A stretch of 40,329 bases of DNA, taken from Paraglomus brasilianum (taxonomy: Eukaryota). A model generated the notes under the pieces. That model saw nothing but the letters and a program-made list of their open reading frames with translations. It was not told the DNA's origin and did no database searches. Shown piece after piece: positions 37,457 through 40,329 of the stretch (position 1 is the stretch's first letter; the number at the start of each line of letters is the position of its first letter). Both the position numbers and the translations under genes were made by a program. The stretch is taken from positions 1 to 40,329 of the forward strand of contig CAJVPI010000237.1 of NCBI GenBank assembly GCA_910592345.1, given 5' to 3'.

Positions 37457-38456
37457 TGATTAGACGGACGCAAGACACCGGACTATTTCAATTATGTGCG
37501 GAATATCTATAGGAATCATTCTCTGTAGTACAGATGTAACGAATATGCTATATAAGTATTCACAAAGAGCACGTTTCTTGGGCTGGGATTCAAGACTGTT
37601 CTTATTAGAAACTTTTTAGCAACAGGTAGAGTCAAGGTTGCTTTTCTTAGATGCATAGAAATGTATATATCACAAGAAATCTGTGAGGTCGCGCGGTACA
37701 TTTACCAATTGGCAAGTTGGTAAGATAGCAATGTAGGAGTGACTTTGACAAAGGACTGCATGTCTAGACTATTTATAGACATTGCACGAGTTTTATTGAA
37801 AGACATGATACCACCAGCATATTGTATATACATATTTAAAATGTTAAATACTTTGCAACCATTCGGGATGAAAGGATACAAATTTACATAGTGGCGTTAC
37901 AAAAAAAAAAACTCATTACGTAAAAAACAGGTAGTGTATGTTCTTATAAGTTGAATTCCTTCAATAACCAGTTCTTGCAATTGGATGGTAGAGTAGCTCC
38001 TTAATACTCTAATAAAGCGTATTGCAAACACGTCTCTGTTTTCTATTCCGATTGATAGGGCGCAGATCGTTAACTCTCCATTAGTAAGAGCGATAGGTTT
38101 CTGTCCACGACTTCGGCACATACGATTACTGTTTAATTATTGATAAACGTACATTTAGACCTCAACTATCGTTAATCTCACTAAAAAATAGTAGTAGAGC
38201 TCAAGGTTAAATGTTAAATCGAGTATTGACATCTACAAAGGTATTATGAGTAGTAAACATTCTTAAGGTACCATAATTATATTTAGCCGGAAATCGCCAA
38301 AAAGTAATCGATTGAAACAGCCAAATTTCAAAGTTATTAGTATTAGATGTTAGTACAACAAACCGTATCAAGTTACACTAAGAGGTTCATGTCACACGGG
38401 TTGCATCTGACAAACGGAACATCTTAATCTGCGTCCCTGCTTCATTCATATTAACA

Positions 38457-40329
38457 ATGTCTAATAATTCGCACAAAGAATGGCTAGAGGCAAGCATTCA
38501 AGAAGGATCAATATATTGCTGTCCAGAAAATGACATAAAACTGGACCCTCTATGTATTATTGGTCATGGGGGATTTGGAGTGGTGTATAAGACAACGATA
38601 ACGCAGGAAAACGACATTACCACGACTATCTTAAGCAAAAGACACAACATCTTCCCTGGCATGCCCGTTGCGGTGAAGGTATTGTTCCCCGCTAAGCATG
38701 GGGCTTGTGAAGATTTGCACCATAAACTGGTCAAGGAGGTTGCTATTACCTTTCCATTATGTCCATTATGCTTGCCGCACATTCATACTTCGTATCGACT
38801 AACTTTTGAAATGATGTCATTACATTAGCTAAGAAACCACAACAAAGCGAATAACCATCCCAATATTATTCGCTTTTTAGGTGTATACAAAGGTACGTTC
38901 AGTTGATGGTAATTTCTTTGACTTAATTACAAATAACACTTTCTTATTTAACGCATACAGACCGTTGTAATAACTATCATATGATTTTTGAACTGGCTGA
39001 CGGAAGTTTACGTGAACACCTAGAAGAACACTTCAAAGATTTAACTTGGAAAGACAAATATAAACTGGGCTTAGACATTACCAATGGTCTAAGACATTTG
39101 CATGAACTTAATATTATTCACAAGGATTTGGTAATTATCGCACATGTTGATTGCATCGTTTAAACTAGCATTCACCTACTATAACGGCGTACGCTTTATT
39201 TCTCTAGTCATCGAGTAACATTCTTATCAAATCAGGCGTTGCAAAGATAACTGATTTCGGGTTATCTAGTGTGTTGAAACAAGTAATGTCCAACTCACGC
39301 GGATATGGTGCACCCGCATACAGAGATCCGGTATCTTTGAAGATCAAGTCGTATCGACGTAAAAAGGAATCCGATATATTTAGCCTTGGAGTAATATTAT
39401 GGGAAATATCTAGCGGAAAAGTTCCGTGCGAAGGATGTAATGAAGCTTTCGAGATCATTGTGTATAGATTTGAAGGCACCCGTGATCCCCCATTTTCTGG
39501 AACGCCCAAAGACTATATTAAACTGTATTCAGAATGTTGGGATGAAGACCCCAGTAAACGGCCCTCTTGCGCAAATGTTTATGAGAGGTTGAGGTTGAGG
39601 ATGTACTATGATCGAGTGATTGACAACTTGGTCCAATCCTCCTTGGAGAGTGAAAATAAGTACTTAAGACTTGAATGGATTCCTTACGAGGAAATCACCA
39701 GCATAAAGCCAACTCACATTGACAACGTTCATTACGCTATTTACAAGCGAACGCTGGATGAAGGTGGAGTCAAGGAAACGACGATAATGCTTTTACTACT
39801 TGGAAATGATGAGATATGTACACCAACTTTTGTAAGTGAGTTTGCCAGAATATACTCACTTCCAACACGCAAGTACAATAATAACGTTAGTCAGTTCAGA
39901 AGATATTCTATATGGCTTGAATATCGCAACAAACTCATAAAGGGGTTTAGCAAAGATGACGATAAATATTATATGGTTGCTGATGAACGCTTTTACCATT
40001 TCTATTCTGGATATGGATTCTGCTCCGCATGTGGAATACTCCGATGTAGTCCCGTGTGGTGCATTTGTGGGCATAAACAATTATCCGATGGATGGACTAG
40101 CAACAATAAGCAGCTCGATGAGTTTATTAAGAAATCTCAATTACAAACAAACTCACCAAATCATGCCTATTTGGAATGGATTTTATTTGATTGTATTGAT
40201 GATAAGGGAGATTATGCATACTTGTATGGTCTACCTACTAATGTATCTGTTGAATTGACTCCGCTTGAGATAACAGACGAGACACATGATTTATATTATG
40301 CCGAGGTAAACTATTTACTTATGCGTCAT
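38457..40329 (+). CDS. Kinase fused in frame to the N-lobe-repeat module (probable tandem kinase), 3' part outside the window; exons 38457-38738, 38829-38892, 38961-39130, 39208-40305
   Basis: Spliced kinase: EWLEASIQEG, IGHGGFGVVYK, VAVK, HPNIIRFLG, HKDL/SSSNIL, ITDFG, PAYRDP, DIFSLG, CWDEDPSKRP. The same 1098-nt exon continues without a stop into LEWIPYEEIT...FARIYS...CSACGILRCSPVWCICGH...GWTSNNKQLDEFI...DLYYAE, then a GTAAAC donor. Confidence 0.9.

Overview
Eukaryotic, intron-containing fungal DNA. The kinase families and motifs (WTSGN/EWIPY-type TKL kinases, HxDLHxGN catalytic loops) point to an arbuscular mycorrhizal fungus (Glomeromycota); this is an inference. A core of conserved spliced genes (SQT1/AAMP WD40 protein, SUGP1-like G-patch splicing factor, Nif1/Dsf2-like Sel1-repeat protein) sits among kinase genes. 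These are an intronless VWA/alpha-kinase, a simple TKL kinase, and a three-gene cluster at 31.4-40.3 kb, plus three decayed relics of the cluster family. The cluster is the most striking feature. The two complete genes carry a chain of three degenerate kinase N-lobes separated by Cys4 knuckles in front of a kinase domain, and the third gene shows the start of the same chain. One member looks catalytically active, one is an intact pseudokinase that has lost both catalytic Asp residues, and the third has a second, different kinase fused in frame ahead of the module (probable tandem kinase, missed by the ORF track and cut by the window end). Also present are a decayed KDZ-type transposase gene, a 166-bp TA-flanked MITE and several micro/minisatellites. 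All gene models were spliced by eye and no database search was run.
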